A stretch of 30,133 nt of DNA from a virus (lineage: Duplodnaviria > Caudoviricetes), in the IMG/VR virus record IMGVR_UViG_3300033993_000453, positions 1 through 30,133 of that record; one strand, 5' to 3'. This document shows, one piece after another, positions 7,124-15,320 of this stretch (positions within the stretch are counted from its first letter, which is position 1; each line of letters opens with the position of its first letter). A program made the position numbers and the translations under genes. Below the pieces are notes generated by a model, which saw only the letters and a program-made list of their open reading frames with translations, did not search any database and was not told where the DNA came from.

Positions 7124-8786
7124 CAGTCGCCTCCTGTGTTAGCCTGTCGTGTTCAATTAGCCTAAAACCTTTTTTGACGTACAGGGCAAGGCCCTGCTGA
7201 ATTGTGCGGCTGTGCTGCGGGTGTTTGCTCAGCGCGACCGGCGACCGGCCAAACTGCTTGCCCTGCTTCGGGTTGCGGCAGCTCCACTTTTCCGGCTGGT
7301 TCGTGCGGTGCTGCGGGACCAGCGTGCGGATGCCGTGCTTCTGCAGCATATAGCTGAAGTGGAAATCTTCGCCCGCAATAACCGGCTGCGTCGGGTCAGG
7401 CATCTCCGACCAGAACAGGCCCAGCCATTCGCGCCGGCAGAACCAAGCGTGCCCGACAATGTCAACGTGCGTGCAGTAGCGGTTCGGAAACGCCCAGCCG
7501 TAGTTAGTGCGGTTGTTGTAATTAGTCAGGCTGTGGAAGATCACGCCATTGCCGCCCAGCAGGCCGGGGTGTTTCTGGAACGTTTCTAGGCAATGCTCCA
7601 GCCACTTGGGACCGGGGACAATGTCGTCGTCAAACACGCACACGAATTCCGTGCTGGCGTTCAGCGCGTAGGCAAACCGGGACCAGACGCCGAGGTTGCG
7701 ATTGCAGCCGGCGTGCGTGACCTGCGCTTCGTCGAACCAGTCCCGCTTCCAGTCCTTGCGGCTGGCGTCGTGTGCGTTCTGCCACACCAGCACGTCGTTC
7801 TCAACGGTCTGCTTTTTCAGTGCATTGAATTGGCACGGATACGCCTGCGGCCTGCCCCACGCATTCATGACGCAGGTCACCCGCGGCCGGCTGGCGTGAA
7901 TCGCTGGGGCGGCAGTTGGTGCTGGCGCGGGTTGTGCTGCGGGTGCCGCTGGTTTAATTGGCCTTGGCGGTATGGGGTCGTCCGCTTCGACTGGTGACCG
8001 GCTGGGGAATGTCTGGTAAAGGAAGGTGCGGTGGGCCTCGTTCCATGCGTTGCCGGCAGACACCAGCACCGTTGCCTTCGCTGCTGCGTTGCGTGTCCCG
8101 GCAAGGCATTTGGCGTCGCTGATGATTCGCAGAAAAGGCGTTGCAGGTTGCGGAGACTCGGCCAGAACGCTGTTTTCATAAAGCAGCTCCCACAGCAACA
8201 TGCGGTTAGCGGCATCGAAACGGGTCAAAATTTCAAGGCAGCGGCGACGGTCGACAACGTGCGGCAGGTGCGTCGAAAAGTCGAACGTGGGCAGGCCGGC
8301 ATCCGACAAGGCAAGCAGCGTTTCGCGCTTGGCACGCTGCCACCAACTGCCGCCAGTTTGTTGGTCCAGTCTTGGACGGGACACCAGCCCAAAAGAACGG
8401 GGCAGCGACAGCTCGGCCAGCGTGACCGGCTTGAGAAAATAGACATCGTCCATCATCCAGACGAGCGTGTCCGGCAGTGAATCGTCCGCCAGTGCCGCCA
8501 TCCACTTGCCCACGGCATCCTTGACGCCAACGCGGCCAGTTCCTTGAACGGTGCGAGGGACCGGGATCACTCGCCCGGTGTACCAACTTTGCGACTGCCT
8601 GCGGATAACCGGCTGGTCGCCCACGATGACGGTCTGGACTTCGCGCCCTTCCGCTTGAAAGTTTTGGAACACGCTGCGAACCGACCAGCGAAGTTCGTCG
8701 TATTTTGCCGGCCGCTGCCAGAAAGGCCAAACGAAAGCTACTTGCCCCGCGCCATGTCCTGCAGCGTTTTTGTCATGCCCTCCCAA
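7089..8786 (-). CDS. Two-domain glycosyltransferase: N-terminal Stealth-CR2-like domain plus C-terminal GT2/GT-A domain
   Basis: N-domain DELRWSVRSV, VIVGDQP, WMMDDVYFLKP, FSTHLP; Pro/Ala linker; C-domain CVFDDDIVPGPKWLE (DxD), VDIVGHAWF, GEDFHFS. TTG start with AGGGGG upstream; exact start uncertain. Confidence 0.78.
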   Translation of the reverse strand: MGGHDKNAAGHGAGQVAFVWPFWQRPAKYDELRWSVRSVFQNFQAEGREVQTVIVGDQPVIRRQSQSWYTGRVIPVPRTVQGTGRVGVKDAVGKWMAALADDSLPDTLVWMMDDVYFLKPVTLAELSLPRSFGLVSRPRLDQQTGGSWWQRAKRETLLALSDAGLPTFDFSTHLPHVVDRRRCLEILTRFDAANRMLLWELLYENSVLAESPQPATPFLRIISDAKCLAGTRNAAAKATVLVSAGNAWNEAHRTFLYQTFPSRSPVEADDPIPPRPIKPAAPAAQPAPAPTAAPAIHASRPRVTCVMNAWGRPQAYPCQFNALKKQTVENDVLVWQNAHDASRKDWKRDWFDEAQVTHAGCNRNLGVWSRFAYALNASTEFVCVFDDDIVPGPKWLEHCLETFQKHPGLLGGNGVIFHSLTNYNNRTNYGWAFPNRYCTHVDIVGHAWFCRREWLGLFWSEMPDPTQPVIAGEDFHFSYMLQKHGIRTLVPQHRTNQPEKWSCRNPKQGKQFGRSPVALSKHPQHSRTIQQGLALYVKKGFRLIEHDRLTQEATDEAQDTASGTG

Positions 8787-8929
8787 TCGTTACCCCCTTG
8801 AACTTCTTGCCAAAGGGATAGACCAGACACCGGCGGCATCAGTATCCAGCTCACCAGCAGGACACCAAGAATTGCCACCGACAGCAGCACGAACCAAGTC
8901 AGGCAGTTGCCAATCCAGTCCAGTTTCAT
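8738..8929 (-). CDS. Small single-pass membrane protein (63 aa)
   Basis: GGAGG upstream; hydrophobic LTWFVLLSVAILGVLLVSWILM. Confidence 0.55.
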   Translation of the reverse strand: MKLDWIGNCLTWFVLLSVAILGVLLVSWILMPPVSGLSLWQEVQGGNDWEGMTKTLQDMARGK

Positions 8930-9003
8930 CGCAGTCCTCCGTTGAAAGATTGCGATGGTGTATTCGGTCAGTCTGGTGGGTTATCGCCATTATTTCCCCA
9001 GTG

Positions 9004-9879
9004 TTAGCCGGTGATTGTGATAGTAAAGTCGCCGCAGAACGGATCGCTGAAAATGCTGAACACCAACTCAAACGGACTACAGGTCACTGACACCGGCGAC
9101 TCAGCGAACCCGTCGCTAGATAAGTACCACCCAAATTCCTCGCAGGTCATGCGCAGCGTGATTGGTGCATCCTCAGAAATCCACTCGCTGGTATCCGAAA
9201 ACCAGTTCATTGTGTAAGTGCCCGCACAACTTCCGCCGGTAAATGTGACGGTCAAACTCATTGGGACCGGGTTGTCTGGGCAGCAAGAGGTATTAACAGT
9301 GCAAGGTTCAAAGCATTGGCAGTCGTACACTAATTGAACACCACGTTCGATCTGCAAAGGCGTGACGTATCCAAGAATAGAAACCTGCGCATCGTCGCAA
9401 GAATAAAATTCGTCGATAGTGCCCGACACCGTAAACGTGGCGTTTGGGTCGGTCGTCGTAAACGTGACCACCTGCCCGCTAACACTTCCGCCGCCGTTGT
9501 TTGTAATCGTCCAGCCAGCAGGAAACTCTAAGACAGCCCCAGTCAAGTCACCCTCGCAGTCAGTGCTGATGTTTAGCTGGAAAGTCACCGACCACGCGCC
9601 ACCGCTGCAAACCTGCGTCGGGTAGTCCGTAAACTCCACACAGCCGCAGACATTGCCGCCCGCTGGCTCGCCGCATAACCCGCCACCGTCGAGGCTTGAT
9701 TGAATGTTAAACGTGTAGCAGCAGCCACAAGGTCCACTGCTGCCACTTCCCGAACCGCTACCGCTACTGCTACTGCTACTGCTTCCGCTTGGCGGCACAT
9801 CGCAGGGGCAATACGAACACAGCAGCAGACCGATGCCGTCGTGTAGGATTCCGTTTTGGTTGAACCAAAGTTGCTGCAT
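9004..9879 (-). CDS. Cys-rich, highly acidic putative tail-tip/receptor-binding protein with poly-Ser/Gly linker
   Basis: 21 Cys in 291 aa by my count, no Lys, 2 Arg; SGSSSSSSSGSGSGSGSSG tract; last gene of the tail block. Function is inferred from position. Confidence 0.6.
   Translation of the reverse strand: MQQLWFNQNGILHDGIGLLLCSYCPCDVPPSGSSSSSSSGSGSGSGSSGPCGCCYTFNIQSSLDGGGLCGEPAGGNVCGCVEFTDYPTQVCSGGAWSVTFQLNISTDCEGDLTGAVLEFPAGWTITNNGGGSVSGQVVTFTTTDPNATFTVSGTIDEFYSCDDAQVSILGYVTPLQIERGVQLVYDCQCFEPCTVNTSCCPDNPVPMSLTVTFTGGSCAGTYTMNWFSDTSEWISEDAPITLRMTCEEFGWYLSSDGFAESPVSVTCSPFELVFSIFSDPFCGDFTITITG
9733..9790. repeat. Low-complexity (AGCAGT)n/(AGCGGT)n-type tract encoding the Ser/Gly linker
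   Basis: ccgctaccgctactgctactgctactgcttccgct on the plus strand. Confidence 0.8.
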
Positions 9880-9884
9880 TGCTT

Positions 9885-10571
9885 TTACTCAGGGACAGGC
9901 CCGCCACCGCTTCCGCTGCTGCTGTCTGTGACGCACTCGCTCAGGGCGACCTTAACCAAGCACCCGTCCTTAATGGCCAGCACGAAGTCGACGTTAGCCG
10001 CTGCCACGGTTGGCAGCGCGTCCAAGTCCACGCCTGGAATGCCTTGGCAAACGCTGTCGCTGCCGCTGCTGGAATCGTCGCAGTCGCTGGCTGGCCGGTT
10101 CAGCACAAAGGCCACGTTATCGACGCTGTAATCATCCAGCCGGCCAAGGAAACGCTGGGGTCCGCCTGGCGTGCTGACCAGTTCCCATCCATCGGGGCCG
10201 ATACACTCGCCGTTATAAAGCACGTTGGCAGAATCGCTGGCGACTGCGGCGCGGCAGATTGGCCCGACAAAGCAAACGCCATTTTCCCCAGCCGGCACTG
10301 GTTCGATGCTGTTAAACACGAAGACGCCGGCGTTTCCGTCCGGCTTGTCGCCGGTCAAGCAGTAGCGTTCACCTGCGAAGGTAACGCCGGTCACCTTGAT
10401 GCAGCCGAATGCCGGGACCGTTTCGCTGCTGGCGTTGCGGAAAATAAACCGCCCGTCAGGCGTGTCCCGAAACGTGCCAAGGTCAGGCGGCGCGGTTGTA
10501 CCCTGCCGCATGCCGGCCTGTTCGACCGCCCAGCGTGCCACGTTTTCCGTTAGTGCGTAGGCTTTTGCCAC
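9885..10571 (-). CDS. Putative minor tail protein with Cys and two DSSSGS motifs
   Basis: In the tail operon; FRNASSETVPAFGCIKVTG; C-terminal CDDSSSGSDSVC and CVTDSSSGSGGG. Confidence 0.6.
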   Translation of the reverse strand: MAKAYALTENVARWAVEQAGMRQGTTAPPDLGTFRDTPDGRFIFRNASSETVPAFGCIKVTGVTFAGERYCLTGDKPDGNAGVFVFNSIEPVPAGENGVCFVGPICRAAVASDSANVLYNGECIGPDGWELVSTPGGPQRFLGRLDDYSVDNVAFVLNRPASDCDDSSSGSDSVCQGIPGVDLDALPTVAAANVDFVLAIKDGCLVKVALSECVTDSSSGSGGGPVPE

Positions 10572-10573
10572 GT

Positions 10574-11191
10574 TTAGCCTTTTACGGTTGGCAGCATGTA
10601 CAGCTTGTAAATTCGGCCGATGACTGCGGTGGGGGTGGCCGAATCAGTGATTGCAATGGTGACACGGATGTCCAGTTCGTCGCCGTGCGTCAGGCCAGTC
10701 GGGTCGATGACGAACTCCTTGGCCGCAGCGGTCAGACTGTTAATGGTCGTGGCTGCCGTGCTGACCAAGTCGCTGCCGACCAGCCCAGTGGCGTCGTTCT
10801 TCTTGTAAACCTCGAAGTCGATGGTGGCGATGCTGCTGGCCACAGTCGTCCGCATGCCAGCCCACGCTGCCACACTGATGGCTTGCCCGTCCACGTACTC
10901 GACCGGCAGGCGATAGGTAAACCGTGCCCGCTGCGTCACGCTGGTGTTCTTGCTGTCGCTGGTTTGCACCGTGATGGCATCGGTGCCGAACGTGCCGATG
11001 ATCAGGCCAAGGTCGTCGCTTGCTGCGGTCGTTGGCAGGTCGGTCTGGAAAGCATCATGCACCCGCAGCAGTTCCAGCGGGATGTTGGCCTTGCGGGACT
11101 CGCTGGCCAGTTTGGTCCGTTCGATGGCCGCCAAGGTGTTAATTTGACTGTTGACGATTTCCCCTGACGGGATGAATGCGGTGATCGGCAT
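10574..11191 (-). CDS. Putative virion structural protein (fibre-type repeat plus beta-sandwich domain)
   Basis: Strong TAAGGAG RBS; IVNSQINTLAAIERTKLA resembles the I.N..I...AAI...KL fibre motif; Thr/Ala-rich beta sequence. Confidence 0.6.
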   Translation of the reverse strand: MPITAFIPSGEIVNSQINTLAAIERTKLASESRKANIPLELLRVHDAFQTDLPTTAASDDLGLIIGTFGTDAITVQTSDSKNTSVTQRARFTYRLPVEYVDGQAISVAAWAGMRTTVASSIATIDFEVYKKNDATGLVGSDLVSTAATTINSLTAAAKEFVIDPTGLTHGDELDIRVTIAITDSATPTAVIGRIYKLYMLPTVKG

Positions 11192-11206
11192 CTACTGCTC
11201 CTTAGT

Positions 11207-12079
11207 TTAGAATCCCATGCTTGCGAAACTGACAGGCGCAAAGACCTGCCGCTGTACCCAGGTGGACTGTGTTTGATCGGCCAGTTTGTTTCCGTCTTCG
11301 TCCAACTGAACCGGCTGGCTAACTGGTTCTTTGTTGCCATCCACAGCCCGCACGATCTGGCTGCCGCTTTTGACGTAGAACCCTTCGTGCCGGTAGCGTT
11401 TCCACCATGCTTTGTCCGGTGTTGTCCGGTATGGTTTGCGTGCGTGGATTTCCACCTGCACCGACCAGAACGGAACACTGTTCCCGTTTTCGTCGGTGAA
11501 AAACTGCTCATCTGCGCCGATGCTGGCAATCCGCAGCGTGCCCGGTGGAAACCCGATAAACGTGTCGCTGTTCACGCAGTCGATGAACGTGTAAAAGCTG
11601 GCCGGGTCAAAGCTGGCAAAGTTCTTTTGCAGGCGGATGCCCAAGTCGCTGATCGGCCGGGTAATACCCATCACCGGCTCGCCGCACGCTGTCACGATGG
11701 GATAGCCGTTAAAGTCCTCGTCGATTTCCTCTTCGCTGGTGATGCTGAAATAGCTGACCTGCACCGGCTGCGAAAGTGGCCCCTGCTGCTGGCCTGACTC
11801 TTCCTTGTATGGTGGCGAGGCGTAATCAGCGACCACCTCGAAATGCAGCGGGCCGCGCCGGTCCACGCCCACGCCATTACAAAACAGGCCGGCAAACAGT
11901 GGATGCCGGGACTTTTCCCGTGGTGCCCGTGCGTCTGCCTTAACGATCAGCTCGTTATCGTCCGGCGTGGCGACGAAGGCATTCCACTTGATTTGTGCGG
12001 TTGCCGTGGTCCAGCCTTTGTCGTCGACGCTGGTTTTGATGCCGCTGCTGAATGTTCGGTCAAAATAGGTTACTGCCAT
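11207..12079 (-). CDS. Putative distal tail/hub protein
   Basis: Immediately follows the tape measure gene; beta-rich 290 aa. Positional call. Confidence 0.55.
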   Translation of the reverse strand: MAVTYFDRTFSSGIKTSVDDKGWTTATAQIKWNAFVATPDDNELIVKADARAPREKSRHPLFAGLFCNGVGVDRRGPLHFEVVADYASPPYKEESGQQQGPLSQPVQVSYFSITSEEEIDEDFNGYPIVTACGEPVMGITRPISDLGIRLQKNFASFDPASFYTFIDCVNSDTFIGFPPGTLRIASIGADEQFFTDENGNSVPFWSVQVEIHARKPYRTTPDKAWWKRYRHEGFYVKSGSQIVRAVDGNKEPVSQPVQLDEDGNKLADQTQSTWVQRQVFAPVSFASMGF

Positions 12080-12082
12080 GCG

Positions 12083-13630
12083 TTAGCTTCCCAAGACGAT
12101 GATCTCGCCTCCCTTGTTTTTCCGCAGTTCGGCCAGCTGCTCCTGCTGCAGGCGTTCAATTTTCTCCGTCAGTTCGGCGACCTTTTCGTTGGCCTTGATG
12201 GCGCGGTCGTTGGGGTTGTTGCCGCTGCGGGTCAACAGGCGGGACTGCTGGGCCTGCAGCTGTGCCGATGGCTGGCCTAGCTTTTTCTGTAGGTCTTCCT
12301 GCTTCTTCTTCTCCTCGTCCGCCAGTTGCTTCTGTGCTTCCAGCAGTTCGTTCTGGATGGACAGTTGCCGGCCTTGGTCGATGGTCTGCTGGCTGATGCC
12401 GTCCTGCACTGCCTTGTATTCTTCGGCTGCCCGCTTGCCTTGGGTCAGTTCGATGTTCCGCTGCTTCAAGGCGTCAAGATAGTTCTTCTCTTTCTGGGCC
12501 TGCTGCTCCATCGCCTTCTGCGTGTCTTCGATGGATTTCCGCATTTCGGCGTAAGCGTCAAGCTGGGTCTTCTTTGTCTCCTCGATGGCCGCTTGCATCT
12601 CGTCGCGGCCTTCCTGTTCGATGCGGAAGTTTTCTTCCGCCTCGGCACGCACAGCCATCAGGTTCTCAAGTTCGTTTCGCTGCGATTCGGTCACACCGTC
12701 AGCGCTGAACATCTCCGCCATCTCGCGGCGAGCATTTTCGCCTGGGTTGTTCAGTTCCCGAATTTCCGCCCGCAGGCGTTTTAGCTGTTCTTCTGCAGCC
12801 TTGCCGGCCTGCTGCCGCTCAAGTTCGATTTGCTGCTTTTTTCGTAGCTGTTCGATTTCCTTGGCATGTTCGCCGTTGATGTCTTGAATCTGCTGGGCCT
12901 GCTCCCGCAGGATGTCCAGCTCGGCCTGCCGCTGGTCCACGATCGCCAGCGCGTTCGGCAGGCTTTCCTTGTCGAACCCAATGCGGACAATGTACTGCTC
13001 GTTGATTTCCTGCGCCCGCTGCTGGGCCGCTGCCAACTCGTCCTGCTGGGCAACAATCAGTTCGTTAATCTGGTCCAGTTTCTGAGCGTACAAGTCCGCC
13101 TGTTCGGCCTGTGGCATCAGGCTGATTTTCTCCAAGTCTTGGGCCAGCCGCTTTTGCTGCATGCCCATGACCCCTTCGGCCATCTTTTTGTTCTCAGCGT
13201 TGATGCGTTCCATCTGCATTCGGAACGCGCTGGCACCCAGAATCCATTCGTTAATGCCTTCGCCAATTTGAACGCCTAGGCCAGCCGCCTCGCTGTACAA
13301 CCCCTTGATGTCGTTAAACTTTTTTTTGGCTGTGTCTAGTTGTTCTTTTTTCTTTTTTTCCAGTTCTTCCTGAGCCTTTTCAGCCTCTTTCGCAGCTTCA
13401 ATCTCCTGCTTTAAAGCCGCCGCGGCTTCAATGGTTGCTTCACTGAAACCCATCTGCGCCAACTTAAACCGCTCTGCAGCAACCGCGCCCTCGGTCTGCG
13501 CAATCAACTGCTCCTTCAACTTGGAGATGTACTTCTCCTCGTTGCTGATCAGTTTCTGGGTGACTTTGTCGATGGTGCCGCTGGCGTTGTCCACGCCCTG
13601 CAACACGATCTCAACTGGTTCGACTGCCAT
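12083..13630 (-). CDS. Tape measure protein (short, about 515 aa)
   Basis: Follows chaperone genes; N-terminal VEIVLQGVDNASGTI typical of TMPs; continuous E/Q/K/A-rich helical sequence; TGATG overlap with upstream stop. Confidence 0.8.
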   Translation of the reverse strand: MAVEPVEIVLQGVDNASGTIDKVTQKLISNEEKYISKLKEQLIAQTEGAVAAERFKLAQMGFSEATIEAAAALKQEIEAAKEAEKAQEELEKKKKEQLDTAKKKFNDIKGLYSEAAGLGVQIGEGINEWILGASAFRMQMERINAENKKMAEGVMGMQQKRLAQDLEKISLMPQAEQADLYAQKLDQINELIVAQQDELAAAQQRAQEINEQYIVRIGFDKESLPNALAIVDQRQAELDILREQAQQIQDINGEHAKEIEQLRKKQQIELERQQAGKAAEEQLKRLRAEIRELNNPGENARREMAEMFSADGVTESQRNELENLMAVRAEAEENFRIEQEGRDEMQAAIEETKKTQLDAYAEMRKSIEDTQKAMEQQAQKEKNYLDALKQRNIELTQGKRAAEEYKAVQDGISQQTIDQGRQLSIQNELLEAQKQLADEEKKKQEDLQKKLGQPSAQLQAQQSRLLTRSGNNPNDRAIKANEKVAELTEKIERLQQEQLAELRKNKGGEIIVLGS

Positions 13631-13980
13631 CACATCCGCCTATAAACTTCCGCCTCGGCCCGATTTTCTTCAGACCGGAAGCGTTCGTAAAAACTGACAA
13701 ACCACGACGACTGGTCCAGCACACCACCGGCCACCGGCGGCAGGCCCTGTTTCATCAGGTCCGCCATCCGAATCGCCCGCAGCAAACCCACATCAATACA
13801 GCGTTTCGGGCAGTCCGTGATTTCCACGTAACCCGTTTCGCCGCAATCATCACATCCGGCCTCGTTGCATGTCGGGCAGGCAATCGAAACGCTAGACAGT
13901 TCCGTCGGCATTTCGTGGCACTTGCCCGGCACGCAGTTCTTGCACAGCAGCCCCTGCCGGATTAAGGCTGCAATGCGGAG
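13630..13980 (-). CDS. Tail assembly chaperone -1 frame extension (gpT-like), Cys-rich
   Basis: The -1 frame is open from the slippery site: LRIAALIRQGLLCKNCVPGKCHEMP...CPTCNEAGCDDCGETG...CPKRC...GLPPVAGGVLDQS; no clear RBS of its own. Confidence 0.78.
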   Translation of the reverse strand, partial: LRIAALIRQGLLCKNCVPGKCHEMPTELSSVSIACPTCNEAGCDDCGETGYVEITDCPKRCIDVGLLRAIRMADLMKQGLPPVAGGVLDQSSWFVSFYERFRSEENRAEAEVYRRM

Positions 13981-14342
13981 TTTTTTTCGTCGGCCTTGCT
14001 GACGTTGCCGCCTGCCAGAACCTTGCGGAAAACCTCGTATGCTTCGGAAGTCGTAAAGACATCCTTCAGCGCGTCACGGCTGTAGGGGATTTCCGCGCCG
14101 CTCGCCGGGTCGCGAAAGTTTCGCCAGCCGGTGATGACTTCAGATAGCCCCTGCTCGACAGCGTTAAAGAACTCGGTGCTGTTCTTGGCGTTTGGTGCCT
14201 CGTCCAGCAACTGGCCCAGCCGCTCCTGTCGACGCATCGACAGCGCGACCGTGTAAATAGTTGGCCGCTGGTCTTCCGGTTTGTCCGCATCCCAGTCCAA
14301 GACTATGGGAAACTTCTCGCCCGGTTCCAATGCTCGCCCCAT
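13962..14342 (-). CDS. Tail assembly chaperone (gpG-like)
   Basis: Between tail tube and TMP; GGAGG RBS; VITGWRNF motif; ends DEKNS at the slippery heptamer. Confidence 0.82.
   Translation of the reverse strand: MGRALEPGEKFPIVLDWDADKPEDQRPTIYTVALSMRRQERLGQLLDEAPNAKNSTEFFNAVEQGLSEVITGWRNFRDPASGAEIPYSRDALKDVFTTSEAYEVFRKVLAGGNVSKADEKNSALQP
13980..13986 (-). promoter_or_regulatory. Programmed -1 ribosomal frameshift site A-AAA-AAC
   Basis: GAA AAA AAC in frame 0, five sense codons before the stop; the -1 frame joins ORF 13630..13932. Confidence 0.82.
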
Positions 14343-14371
14343 TGGTTCCTCCGTTGGTTAGTGGTTAATCG

Positions 14372-15307
14372 TTACGGTGCCGCAAAGGCAATCGTCATTT
14401 CGTCGTTTCCGGCCGCCGCAGACTTGTTGGCTTGAAAATTGATTTCATGCGTGACCACGCCATTGCGGTCGCCGTCCTGCAGGTTGGTGATCTGAAACTT
14501 CGGCATTGCCACGGTAACTTTGTCGGTGGCGTTTTGAATCGCCAGGCTGAACGCCCGCTCGGTCGAAGCGATCCAGTCGTCGTAATTCGGCCGGGTGGCC
14601 AGCAGTTCCGCTTCGGGGTTAATGCTGCCGGTGACCTTGCGGCCAGTGATGACTGCCGTGGCGTAGCCGCTGCCGTCGGTGTTGACCGCACACTCCCGCA
14701 GGAAGACCTCATTGCCGGCATCGATGGACAGGTTTTGGAAGCACGGCGACCAACTGCCGATGGTGAACGTGGCATTTGCCACCCTCAGCGGCAGGGCTGT
14801 CGGGTAGGTCGGGGCCAGAATCGCTACGTCGGTCGATGACACCCAAACGCCGGTGAACGTCCAGTCGATGGTTGCCAGCTTGCCAGTCTCAAAGTTCATC
14901 GTGAACGTGCCGCTGCAGCCTCGCATTAAGTGCCGCACGCCGTCGATGTAGGTGCCCAGCGTCAGTGTCTTGACGTTACTGCCCGGCAGTTCTGACTTCG
15001 GGCTGAACGTGCCAGCGGAGTTTGTCCAGCCACAGGCCGGCAGAAAAGTCGATGCCCAGCCAGGGACAGTTCCGCTTCCGCTGCCATAGACTTCCGTGCG
15101 GAATGTGCAAGTTCCGCCCATCAGTTCACGCACCGCAGGCATTTGGCTGAAACTGCCGTTGCCCTGCCGTTCGGTGAATGCAATCGTGGGCTGCATGTTC
15201 AGGTCAAACACGTTGAACGCAGCTTCGGCAGCTGTTAGTGACTCAGCGGTGCCGCTGGTCGTTTCGATCTTGGCTGCAAGGACGTGCTTCTTTTTAAGTA
15301 GTGGCAT
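14372..15307 (-). CDS. Major tail tube protein
   Basis: Start at ATG 15307 with AGGAG; LAAKIETTSGT, FLPACG, TFTGVW, VITGRKVTGSINPE, DGDRNGVV are typical of phage tail tube proteins. Confidence 0.85.
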   Translation of the reverse strand: MPLLKKKHVLAAKIETTSGTAESLTAAEAAFNVFDLNMQPTIAFTERQGNGSFSQMPAVRELMGGTCTFRTEVYGSGSGTVPGWASTFLPACGWTNSAGTFSPKSELPGSNVKTLTLGTYIDGVRHLMRGCSGTFTMNFETGKLATIDWTFTGVWVSSTDVAILAPTYPTALPLRVANATFTIGSWSPCFQNLSIDAGNEVFLRECAVNTDGSGYATAVITGRKVTGSINPEAELLATRPNYDDWIASTERAFSLAIQNATDKVTVAMPKFQITNLQDGDRNGVVTHEINFQANKSAAAGNDEMTIAFAAP

Positions 15308-15320
15308 GTGGGTTTGGCTC

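Noticed and set aside
8738-8929. Holin or lysis cassette
   Set aside because: Only a single TM helix and no recognisable endolysin or spanin nearby; kept as an unknown membrane protein.
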